A program made the translations under genes and the position numbers. Positions 1 through 8,728 of a DNA stretch of 64,000 nt are shown here, one piece after another. Below the pieces are notes generated by a model. It worked only from the letters and a program-made list of their open reading frames with translations, was not told the origin of the DNA and ran no database searches. Position 1 is the stretch's first letter; every line of letters starts with the position of its first letter. The stretch is from Candidatus Latescibacterota bacterium (GTDB lineage: Bacteria; Latescibacterota; UBA2968), in the NCBI GenBank assembly GCA_965205975.1, contig OZ242195.1, forward strand, positions 3,520,001 through 3,584,000, read 5' to 3'.

Positions 1-1
1 C

Positions 2-127
2 GCCGACATCTCCGACGGTATCTTCCGATCCCACATCTTATCCGGGTTCGACCTGCAAATCGCATGGCTCTGGCAAAACCCCCTGCCCAACACATTGCGC
101 GTCTTGCGCAAAATCGGCATTTTGTAA
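2..127 (+). CDS. Uma2/DUF820-family endonuclease-like protein, C-terminal part (cut by window edge)
   Basis: Manual translation ADISDGIFRSHILSGFDLQIAWLWQNPLPNTLRVLRKIGIL* resembles the Uma2 C-terminus (GxxRSxxLxGFxLxxxWLW). Confidence 0.6.
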   Translation, partial: ADISDGIFRSHILSGFDLQIAWLWQNPLPNTLRVLRKIGIL

Positions 128-140
128 CATCTTTAGATCT

Positions 141-1244
141 ATGCTCAAATCATTCGCCTTCATATTTGCTTACCTGCCCGTACGGAAACCCCGTACCCAG
201 ACAAATAGGCTACGCCCCTCCCACTTGCCTTTTCCTTCACACTTCACACTTCTCACTTCTTACTTCTTATTGATCCTGCTCTTCGGCTGTACTGAACGCC
301 AGGTCCGCATCCACTTTGAACAGGCGGAAAAATATCGCCACGAAGGCAAAATCGACCTCGCAATCGAAGAATACAAAGCCATCATCGTCCTGAGTCCCGA
401 TGCGTTTGACGCCCTCAACAACCTCGGTTATCTATACGTTGGAAAAGGCCAATATGCCAATGCCATAGCACAATATCAAAAAGCCATCGCCGTCAAGCCC
501 GACTTTGCCGAAGCCCACTTCAACCTGGGCGTCGCATACATCGCACATAGCCAACTCGACAGCGCCATAGCTGCGTACCAACGCGCCCTCCAACACGATC
601 CCAAAAACCACGAAATCCACAACAACCTGGGCGCCGCCCACACCATGGCTGGCAATCGCACAGAAGCCGAAGTCAGCTACCAGCGGGCACTCAAACTCAA
701 ACCCGACTACGCCGACGTTTACAATAACCTCGGACTACTCTACACCTACGAAGGTCGGTACCGAGACGCCCTCCCACAATACGAAAAAGCCATCCGCTAC
801 AAACCCAACTTTGCCGACGCGTACAATAACATGGGCAGTGCGCACCTCGAATTGGGCCAATATGAAGACGCCATCCAGCACTTTCAAACCGCCGTCCGCC
901 TCCAACCCAATCACGCACTCGCCCAGGAAAACCTTCGAGAAACCAAAACGCGCATAGAAGCGCGCGAAGCCGGAGAAATGCGCGCCCAACACATCCTCGT
1001 CAAAACCGAAGCCGACGCCCAAAAATTGCTCGAACAACTCGACTCAGGTGCCGAATTTGAAGCACTCGCACAACTCTATTCCACCGACGCGGCATCCGGG
1101 CGACAAGGAGGCGACCTCGGCGCATTTCTGCCCGGCACGCTCTTGCCCAAATTTGAACAAGCCGTAAAGAAAATCGAACCTGGAAAAATCGGTGGACCCG
1201 TCAAAACCCCAGCCGGATATCATATCATTAAACGCATATATTGA
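141..1244 (+). CDS. TPR-repeat protein with C-terminal PpiC/parvulin peptidyl-prolyl isomerase domain, probable lipoprotein
   Basis: Several TPRs (A..NLG..Y...G.Y..A); rotamase motifs AQHILVKT, FEALAQLYSTD, GGDLG, PVKTPAGYHII; lipobox-like LLFGC. Confidence 0.85.
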   Translation: MLKSFAFIFAYLPVRKPRTQTNRLRPSHLPFPSHFTLLTSYFLLILLFGCTERQVRIHFEQAEKYRHEGKIDLAIEEYKAIIVLSPDAFDALNNLGYLYVGKGQYANAIAQYQKAIAVKPDFAEAHFNLGVAYIAHSQLDSAIAAYQRALQHDPKNHEIHNNLGAAHTMAGNRTEAEVSYQRALKLKPDYADVYNNLGLLYTYEGRYRDALPQYEKAIRYKPNFADAYNNMGSAHLELGQYEDAIQHFQTAVRLQPNHALAQENLRETKTRIEAREAGEMRAQHILVKTEADAQKLLEQLDSGAEFEALAQLYSTDAASGRQGGDLGAFLPGTLLPKFEQAVKKIEPGKIGGPVKTPAGYHIIKRIY

Positions 1245-1270
1245 GTCATCAACACACGCTATCCACAGGC

Positions 1271-1552
1271 TGTCATTCTGAGCCGTAACGCAGTGGAGGC
1301 GAAGGAGCGGGGTACAACTGCGACAGCAGTTCATCTCATACCAACACAGGTGGAACAGATGCTTCGGCTACGCTCAGCATGACAAAATACCACTCGCCGA
1401 CTCTGGTGGAACAGATGCTTCGGCTACGCTCAGCATGACAAAACACCACTCACCAACTCAAGTGGTAAAGATGCTTCGGCTACGCTCAGCATGACAAAAC
1501 ACCACTCACCAACTCAAGTGGTAAAGATGCTTCGGCTACGCTCAGCATGACA
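1271..1552. repeat. Palindromic TGTCAT...ATGACA element with four tandem copies of the right arm (56 bp period)
   Basis: Left arm TGTCATTCTGAGC at 1271; AGATGCTTCGGCTACGCTCAGCATGACA at 1357, 1413, 1469 and 1525. Confidence 0.9.
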
Positions 1553-1569
1553 GAGACACGAGACGATAA

Positions 1570-1860
1570 ATGAATGAATACTTTATCTATATCACGACAA
1601 ATCGCTCTGGAACCCTCTATATAGGTGTTACCAACAATCTAACAAGAAGGGTTTATGAACATAAATGCAAGCTCGTTCCTGGTTTCACAAGCAAATACAA
1701 CATCAATAGGCTGATATATTTTGAAACAACATCCGATATCCGCGAAGCCATATCAAGAGAGAAACAGTTAAAGGGGTGGACGCGAAAGAAAAAACTCGAT
1801 CTGATAAGAACCACCAATCCAATTTTCGCTGATTTGTCCGAGGATTGGTACTCGCACTGA
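1570..1860 (+). CDS. Small GIY-YIG nuclease (YhbQ/UPF0213-like)
   Basis: YIYI...LYIGVTNNLTRRVYEH, GFTSKYN, AISREKQLKGW motifs. Confidence 0.9.
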   Translation: MNEYFIYITTNRSGTLYIGVTNNLTRRVYEHKCKLVPGFTSKYNINRLIYFETTSDIREAISREKQLKGWTRKKKLDLIRTTNPIFADLSEDWYSH

Positions 1861-1873
1861 TATTATTGGTTCA

Positions 1874-2326
1874 TCATCGAGAAGCACTCTCATAAGTGTA
1901 ACTCTCCAAAGCCTCTTTCGCCATATCGAGTGCCTTCACAGCCTGTTCACGGCTCACACTTGGAAAGCCACACAAAAACTCGTCCAGATTATCTCCAGCT
2001 GCCAGATAGTCGAACAGGTTTTTTACAGGCACGCGGGTTCCTTTGAACACGGGCAGGCCGCTCATGGTACCCTTGCGGCTGTGAACAACGCCATTCGCGT
2101 TCTCGCGCACCCTCTTTCCGATTTCCTCCACCGCCTGCTCGCGGCTCACTGATGGAAAATAGTCTAAGAAAATGTGCAGATTGGACCCTTTTTCCAAATA
2201 GTAGAAAAGTTTCTTCACAGGCACATCGGTTCCCTCAAAGACGCGAGCATCGTCTGCAATATCCTCACCATTTTGGATAACGTCTTCCTCAATTGTGGTG
2301 GACAGGCTTTTGTTTGGTTGCATCAT
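1874..2326 (-). CDS. Tandem DUF433-domain protein (putative antitoxin)
   Basis: Two copies of VFxGTxVPVKxLFxYLxxGxNLxxFLxxFPSVSREQAV. Confidence 0.85.
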   Translation of the reverse strand: MMQPNKSLSTTIEEDVIQNGEDIADDARVFEGTDVPVKKLFYYLEKGSNLHIFLDYFPSVSREQAVEEIGKRVRENANGVVHSRKGTMSGLPVFKGTRVPVKNLFDYLAAGDNLDEFLCGFPSVSREQAVKALDMAKEALESYTYESASR

Positions 2327-2359
2327 GGCAAATCTCCTTATCTTCGCGCTCCAAAACTC

Positions 2360-5236
2360 TCAATCACCCAGCACAAACTGCGCCTGCTTGCTCACGCTGG
2401 GCGTATCCGATTTGATCAAATCCGTCACCACCACCTCGATCTCCAATTGCTCCTTGCTATTCTCGGGTACATCCAGTGCAATATAAAGCGGCTCTGATGT
2501 CGCGGTCCCCGTATGCTCATAAGAAATCTGCACCCCATCAGCCCGTGGCGTTTGGCCCAACAGCCGTCCCAATCCCCGAACCAGCCCCGTACCCTGTACT
2601 CCTTTAAGCCTGTATTCCACGCGGTAACTTGTTTGCCCAAACGCATCCCGGCTCAAATTGTAAACCTCGTAATAGAGATAAACCGGTTGCCCCTTCGCAA
2701 AAATCTTAGACGGCAGAGGCACCACCTGCAAATCCCCCTTTTGGAACTTCCCCACCTGCTCTCCCACCTCGACAACCTGCCCCGCCAGTTCCAGATCGCT
2801 CAGCGCCAGAGCCTCACCGCGGAAAGATTGAACTGTGACATACATCTTATGCGCCTGAATTTTTCGGCTTATAGGATCGCGCACCTGAGCGGCCAGGAAA
2901 TACTGCCCCGGAGACAGTGCCGCACGCACCTGATCCACCATCAGCGTCCCCTTCCCCGCCTGCCCACGGATAGCTTCAGCCACCCGCACGCTATCCCGAA
3001 AAACCGGCCTCAGCGAACGATCATAGACCACCACGTCTCGATCCAGCATCACCTGTGAATTTCCCGACGGCGTCAAAGCGGCCATTGGCACACCCATATA
3101 CGTCTCCATAGCCGTCTCTCGCTCAGATTCGCGGAAATTTGCCGTGTACATATAAAAATCCAGAGGATCGCCCCCGTAATCATGCACATAAACCGAAGGC
3201 GTATGGGACACAACCCGTGCCACAACCGTCTCGGGCGCCATCCGCGACCACAGCGCGTGATTGGGCGAATTGGGTGGAATAGGCGCGAAATCGAAAAAAC
3301 CACTACCCGTAGGATCCAGAAACGTAATCTCGATTCCCCCGCCGACCTCGGCATAAATCCACGACTCCCACTTATAACCCAGTTCAGACCCATCGCGCAT
3401 CACACTGCGCCTGCGCGGTACCGGAAAAGTCGGCATCCCCCGCAACTCAGCCGTCTCAGCCTCCACCCCATATCCATACGACGAACTCGACTGCCCGTGT
3501 ACATGTTTGCTCGGCGCAACTTCCTCCAGGGCATTTGCAGCCATCATATTCAGGCGATTCTTCACCTTTGCGACTTTTTTATCTGTCTCAAACACCAGAT
3601 AATCGGACCAACTCTGATGATCTGGATGCCCCAGCCGAATGTACACATCGCCCCGACGGTCCCATCCCCGGCCGTGCCACTCTTCCAGACCCTCGGTAAA
3701 ATTTGAACGCGCAAAATGCACCCGACGGTAATGCTCAACACGGCGCTCGTTCACCTGTGTCGTCGGCGTGGGATCCTGCTCCAGCCAGAAAACTTCTCGA
3801 AGCTGTGTTAGCGACCGCCCAAAAGCCGTCTGCATTTTGGAAAGCGCCTCGGCAGGAGCCACCAGAGACAAATCGTGGTAATACCCCCGTTCTGTCGGAT
3901 CCAAAAACTGAAAATAACGCTCAAAAGCCGCCTGCGCCTGGGCAAAATCCTCCCGCTCAATATACATCTCGGCCAAAAGCGGCAAATACTCTTTCGGCTT
4001 TGTCTGTGCCATCTCCTTCAACTCATCCAGACTATAGGTCTCCTCCCCCACACTCTTCAACCGCATCGCCACATGCGCCAGACGCGCAGGCGTAATAGGA
4101 TGGCCGGGATTCACCGCCATCTGTCGCGAATACGCTTTCATCGCCTTGTCGTAATAGCGCAGCGACTCGTAAAAAACACCCAGCTTGAAATACGCGTCAT
4201 AGTGATCCGGAAAAAGCTCTATCACATTCCCAAAATAGTGATCCAGATCCACACGATCCATCCCCACCATCGCCAGATGGCACATCCCCAGATTGTAGTG
4301 TGCCGCCGTATATGCTTTATCCATCGCGCAGGTCTCGCGAAACAACCTCAGCGCCCGCGACTTCTGGCCCGGCATCTTCAGTGCCGCCAGCGCCCGCCCG
4401 TTGCGCGCCTCCACAAATCTTCTCTTTTTTTGAATCGCCTTTAAGAACAATTTTTCAGCTTCTTTTACATCGTCCTGCTCCAGGCGAAGATAGCCCAACG
4501 CGCACATCGCCACCACATCATTCGGGTGCAAAATCATCATCCGGTCGCAAATACGTGCAGCCTCCTTCACCAGCTTCTCATCCGGAGCCTGCGCCCGCGT
4601 AATATACTTCTTCGGAATCAGGTCTCCCCGCTCAAAATACGCATCTGACACCGTCACATAGCGGCGTCCAAAGTGGTAATCGTAATAATACTTCAGCACC
4701 AGCGGATTGCGCGCCTGCCAGAACCGCGCCAAAAACAGGCCCTTGTTATTCCGATCCAATGCCTTGTAAAAAGCCGCCGTATCCGCGTCGGCCACCTCCG
4801 CCAAAATCACACCCGCCACCTGCTCTTCAAACTCGCCAAAACTCGCCTGCAATTCTACCTCGGCAACCTGTTGACCCGCCTCTCCCCCCTCCGCTTCTCT
4901 TTCTCGCTCTAAAATTTTGATGTGTACCCGCTCTACCCGAAGCTCGCCGATCAAAGTTTTAAGCACCACCTCTGACTCCGATTCCGACACAATCTCACCC
5001 TTCAACACCGTGCCATCCACGAGCAACACAGTAACATTGCGCGAAGGCTGCTCTATCATTTTAATCAGCGACTTTTCCACTCGAAGTTTGCCCATCGCCG
5101 TCTTGATCACCATCTCTGTCTCAGACTCAGACACAATCTCGCCCTTCAACACCGTACCATCCTGGAGCAACACCGTTGCGCCATAAACGGGCGTAACCGC
5201 CAAAAAGAGGCAAAGTGCAATTAAGAAAGTCTTCAT
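2360..5236 (-). CDS. Secreted TPR + GWxTD-domain protein (copy 1) with duplicated N-terminal beta module
   Basis: Signal peptide; 2x VLLxDGTVLKGEIVSESE; TPRs; FW..QDPTPTT.VNERRVEHYRRV...GWDRRGDVYIRLGHPD. Confidence 0.85.
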   Translation of the reverse strand: MKTFLIALCLFLAVTPVYGATVLLQDGTVLKGEIVSESETEMVIKTAMGKLRVEKSLIKMIEQPSRNVTVLLVDGTVLKGEIVSESESEVVLKTLIGELRVERVHIKILEREREAEGGEAGQQVAEVELQASFGEFEEQVAGVILAEVADADTAAFYKALDRNNKGLFLARFWQARNPLVLKYYYDYHFGRRYVTVSDAYFERGDLIPKKYITRAQAPDEKLVKEAARICDRMMILHPNDVVAMCALGYLRLEQDDVKEAEKLFLKAIQKKRRFVEARNGRALAALKMPGQKSRALRLFRETCAMDKAYTAAHYNLGMCHLAMVGMDRVDLDHYFGNVIELFPDHYDAYFKLGVFYESLRYYDKAMKAYSRQMAVNPGHPITPARLAHVAMRLKSVGEETYSLDELKEMAQTKPKEYLPLLAEMYIEREDFAQAQAAFERYFQFLDPTERGYYHDLSLVAPAEALSKMQTAFGRSLTQLREVFWLEQDPTPTTQVNERRVEHYRRVHFARSNFTEGLEEWHGRGWDRRGDVYIRLGHPDHQSWSDYLVFETDKKVAKVKNRLNMMAANALEEVAPSKHVHGQSSSSYGYGVEAETAELRGMPTFPVPRRRSVMRDGSELGYKWESWIYAEVGGGIEITFLDPTGSGFFDFAPIPPNSPNHALWSRMAPETVVARVVSHTPSVYVHDYGGDPLDFYMYTANFRESERETAMETYMGVPMAALTPSGNSQVMLDRDVVVYDRSLRPVFRDSVRVAEAIRGQAGKGTLMVDQVRAALSPGQYFLAAQVRDPISRKIQAHKMYVTVQSFRGEALALSDLELAGQVVEVGEQVGKFQKGDLQVVPLPSKIFAKGQPVYLYYEVYNLSRDAFGQTSYRVEYRLKGVQGTGLVRGLGRLLGQTPRADGVQISYEHTGTATSEPLYIALDVPENSKEQLEIEVVVTDLIKSDTPSVSKQAQFVLGD

Positions 5237-5281
5237 ATTACATCCCTATCCTGAAGAACCCCGGAAAAAGCAAAGGCAAAT

Positions 5282-5310
5282 ACAATACCCCTTCCCCGCA
5301 CACCTGTCAA
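5282..5310 (-). promoter_or_regulatory. Sigma70-like promoter for GWxTD copy 1
   Basis: Minus strand TTGACA-N17-TATTGT. Confidence 0.55.
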
Positions 5311-5316
5311 GCCATG

Positions 5317-5354
5317 AAAAATCGGCGGAAGGATACCAGACCCTTCCGCCGATT
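5317..5354 (-). terminator. Intrinsic terminator after PorV-like gene
   Basis: Minus strand ATCGGCGGAAGG/CCTTCCGCCGAT stem followed by a T run. Confidence 0.8.
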
Positions 5355-5389
5355 ATATTACCTCGAGGTGTTAATCTTCAAGTCAGAGG

Positions 5390-6472
5390 TTAAAAATCAA
5401 CAGCCCCTGAAATCACATGCACAGAAGAAAAGAAATCGCTGTCAAATGCCTTAAAGGCATAATCGAGCTTAACACCCCTACCGGTCTCCGTCAAATACTT
5501 CAGACCACCGCCAAAAGCATAGCTCTCTGTATCGTGATTGGTCTTATAACCCGCACGACCAGAAAAACCAATCGGACTGCCAGCAGCCTGGAATGTGTAT
5601 TCGATTCCCACCAGAACCTGCTCGTCAAAATCCACGGGATTTGTCACATCAAAAGCCAGATTCAGATGATGGGGAACCGGAATGCTACCCGACAGTGACA
5701 ATACATCCACCAGCATCCCCAGACGAATATTGCGCGGCAACTCAAATGCCTCTCGCTGATAGGTCTGTTCAAAGCTGTAATTTTGCACCGTCATCGCCAG
5801 AATCGTATTGCGGAAACCCGTATTGAAATACGTGCCCAGATCCACGGCAAAGGCTGTCTTTGAGTTATCGACAGTCGTGCGGTTGCCACCAATCAACACA
5901 CTCCCAGTACCTAAATTCTGACTGGCAATCTTTATATTCGCACCCACTGAAAAGCGATCTGTAATCTTCATACCATAAGCCGCAGAAAGCGCGTAATTCG
6001 ACGTTGTAAACGTTCCCGTCTCTGTAAAACCCGCGCCTGCAGGATTTGGATCAATGGCAGTGCCATTGAAATTACCGGCATCATAAGTCACAAATCCCAA
6101 ACCAAAGGTACCGCGGCCCGGAATATTGAGCGCCGCACCAGCGACCTGGCTTTTGGTATCCGCAATCCATGAAACATAAGTGAAAAATGCTTCACGACCA
6201 TCAAAAAACGCCAGCGTTGCGGGATTGGTAAACACACCAGACGCAGAACCGATCATGCCTGTACCTGCACCTGCAAGGGCTGCAGAACGCGCATTGGTCG
6301 GCAACTTCAAAAATGTAAAGCCAGCCTGAGCAACTTTGATAAATATGGGATTGTTTTCTTCGTGATTCTCTGGCAAAATTTTATCTGGCACACGCAGTTG
6401 CGCTTGCGTTGTTGTAGCCAGAAGCCCGAAAAACAACGCGAGCATCATAAGGGCCAGTTTTGTGTATTTCAC
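5390..6472 (-). CDS. PorV/PorQ-family outer-membrane beta-barrel (copy 1)
   Basis: AGFTFLKLPTNARSAALAG, NPATLA, alternating beta strands, terminal Phe. Confidence 0.85.
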   Translation of the reverse strand: MKYTKLALMMLALFFGLLATTTQAQLRVPDKILPENHEENNPIFIKVAQAGFTFLKLPTNARSAALAGAGTGMIGSASGVFTNPATLAFFDGREAFFTYVSWIADTKSQVAGAALNIPGRGTFGLGFVTYDAGNFNGTAIDPNPAGAGFTETGTFTTSNYALSAAYGMKITDRFSVGANIKIASQNLGTGSVLIGGNRTTVDNSKTAFAVDLGTYFNTGFRNTILAMTVQNYSFEQTYQREAFELPRNIRLGMLVDVLSLSGSIPVPHHLNLAFDVTNPVDFDEQVLVGIEYTFQAAGSPIGFSGRAGYKTNHDTESYAFGGGLKYLTETGRGVKLDYAFKAFDSDFFSSVHVISGAVDF

Positions 6473-6529
6473 AACTTATCTCCTTGATCAAAAGCAAGTC
6501 AACTATAGCTGTTGACTGCTGGAAGCTCT

Positions 6530-8650
6530 CTACCTGACCACGACAAAGCGTTCGATGTGCTTGGCACCAGTTGCCGTATCTTCGATGTGAGCAAAGTAAA
6601 TCCCGCTCACCAGGAACTGGTTATTATCCGAAGTCATCAGATCCCACGACTCGTCGCCAGAGCCAGAAGTGTGGTCAATGCGGGTCACGAGATCACCGGT
6701 AATGGTAAAAATGTGGATAACCGCCTGCCCAGGCAAATTCACAAACTGCAGCTTATTGGGCTGTCCCTGATAGTTAAAACCCCCATCGTTGAGTTGCCCG
6801 CCCTGCACCTGATAGGGATTGGGCACAATGCGAACCTGCGTAATATCACTGGCAGGACCGCGGAAGGGACTCACGCCCTCTGCTTCGGTGCGCGTGGCAA
6901 ACCGGCTGCTCTCCAGACCATTGGCATCAACGGCTGTCACGGAATAATAATACCTCGTGCCGCGAAGAGCCGTCTCATCGTTAAACGTAGTACCTGTCGG
7001 CGATCCGATCAGCTCGGGCACTTCTGTATGGCGGCCCGCGTAGCGGTACACATTGTAATGAGCCGCACCAGAAACCGCATCCCAACTCAACTCGTTGAGA
7101 TCGGGACCAGAGGTCACCGTCACTGAAGCGGGCCAATTGGGCGTAGCGGGCAACCGGGGCATCGTGCCCGTGCGATTTGCCCATGCCTCGCGTGCAACTG
7201 CCACGGTCGCCTTCAGCGAATCCAGACCACTGTCGAGAAAAGCTTCTTTTTCCATAAAACCAATCGTGCCATCTGCCCAGGCCTTGCCCACGCGTTTGTT
7301 TTCCGCTTCAGACGGACCGGCGACAATCACGGCTGACACAATGTGAATGCTCTGCCCCTGCTTTAAGTCCCAGGGACCAAAGGTCGTGACCCACTGATAG
7401 ATCTGCTCTGTGGTTACATACCCTGGCCTGTCGGGATCGGAAATCGCAATGCGGTCGTCGCGGCGGATCGAGTTCGGCTGCACATAAAAGTCATACACCG
7501 TCTTGCGGTCTGCTGTGCGCGTACTCGTCCACACTTCACCCGGCACCCAGCGCACATGGCGCGGCTGTGCATTTTCGGGATTGGAATTGTCATCCAGCCA
7601 GTTCTCGCCCAACACATTGGGATCATTGGTAGGCGTCTTATCCACATGCAAAAACACGCGCCCCTTGTAGTGCGATTCCATAAATTCGCCCGAACTGATA
7701 TTGGCATCGCGCACCCCATCGAGCAAATCGCCAACTGCTGGCGCGGGTTCGCCGCGATCATCGCCATCGGGGCGATACCCCAGCTTATCGCTGTCATCGC
7801 CGTCGTGGATGTAGAGTAGCTTTTCATCATCATCCCAGTAATTCACCTCATCCCATATACCGCCAGCGAGCAGGCCAGCATCGTAAGCGCGGCCCCCATC
7901 TTCGGGATTAATCGTGATATGCGCGCCACCTGCAGGACCTGAACCACCGCGCTGCAAATAGTAGTTCAACCCAACGTGGAAATTGTCATAAGACGGGTTT
8001 TTCTGCGCCGTTTCCGGGCTTGCAGCAATGCCGCGTTCGCCCGCGCGCAGATCAACCACATGCGGATTTTCCGGATATGTAATCGTGGTAACTTCAAAGA
8101 TCATATCGTCGGCATCGTGGTTTGCCCAGGAATACGTCTCACGCACAATGCGCAAGCCCTCAGAGTTTACAATGGTGCTACTGATCATAAAATCAGCACC
8201 CAAATCTGACCGCACGGCATCGTCGTCTTCGGGGAACAAACGCCAATTCGTACGCAATATCTCTTTGCCATCCTGAGTCAACGTTGGTGGATTAATGCGG
8301 AAGAACTTCGGATTGGGTCTGTTCAGTCGCGTCTGTGTGCCCCCCAACCTCGAAGACGAAAAATCGGCGAGGTCATCGAGCAGGTCATTGCACCAGGGAC
8401 TTTGCGTGGTATTCACCAGATGTTGCCCGCCTTCGTAATAGCTGGGCACATTAAACGACGAATATAGCCCCACTACCGCAAAACCCGGATTGCCAATGCG
8501 ATACCCGATATCCGGATCGGTATCGCCTGTTTCGAGACCGCCGGGCCAAATCAGACGCCCCGAGCTCCACAGCGTACCGATCTCGTGCCCCTGTGCATAA
8601 GCACTGCCAGCCATCAGTATCGCTATCAGCACAAATACAAAACGTTTCAT
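6530..8650 (-). CDS. Secreted protein with FN3-like domain and T9SS-like C-terminal sorting domain (copy 1); start revised to 8650
   Basis: AGGAG RBS then MKRFVFVLIAILMAGSAYAQ; C-terminus VRIVPNPY...LQFVNLP...IHIFTITGDLV...W...SGIYF...FVVVR. Confidence 0.75.
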   Translation of the reverse strand: MKRFVFVLIAILMAGSAYAQGHEIGTLWSSGRLIWPGGLETGDTDPDIGYRIGNPGFAVVGLYSSFNVPSYYEGGQHLVNTTQSPWCNDLLDDLADFSSSRLGGTQTRLNRPNPKFFRINPPTLTQDGKEILRTNWRLFPEDDDAVRSDLGADFMISSTIVNSEGLRIVRETYSWANHDADDMIFEVTTITYPENPHVVDLRAGERGIAASPETAQKNPSYDNFHVGLNYYLQRGGSGPAGGAHITINPEDGGRAYDAGLLAGGIWDEVNYWDDDEKLLYIHDGDDSDKLGYRPDGDDRGEPAPAVGDLLDGVRDANISSGEFMESHYKGRVFLHVDKTPTNDPNVLGENWLDDNSNPENAQPRHVRWVPGEVWTSTRTADRKTVYDFYVQPNSIRRDDRIAISDPDRPGYVTTEQIYQWVTTFGPWDLKQGQSIHIVSAVIVAGPSEAENKRVGKAWADGTIGFMEKEAFLDSGLDSLKATVAVAREAWANRTGTMPRLPATPNWPASVTVTSGPDLNELSWDAVSGAAHYNVYRYAGRHTEVPELIGSPTGTTFNDETALRGTRYYYSVTAVDANGLESSRFATRTEAEGVSPFRGPASDITQVRIVPNPYQVQGGQLNDGGFNYQGQPNKLQFVNLPGQAVIHIFTITGDLVTRIDHTSGSGDESWDLMTSDNNQFLVSGIYFAHIEDTATGAKHIERFVVVR

Positions 8651-8685
8651 AAGTTTATACTCCTGTAAATACGATTCAAAATCTG

Positions 8686-8715
8686 TCGCCCTCTCCCACT
8701 CACAGGAGAGGGCGA
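8686..8715. promoter_or_regulatory. Intercistronic 11-bp stem-loop
   Basis: TCGCCCTCTCC-N8-GGAGAGGGCGA. Confidence 0.6.
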
Positions 8716-8728
8716 AAATGGACACACA

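Noticed and set aside
1357..1552. CRISPR array (28-bp repeats, 28-bp spacers)
   Set aside because: Spacers are identical or near-identical, no cas genes are present, and the repeat is one arm of a dispersed palindromic element also found at 16012
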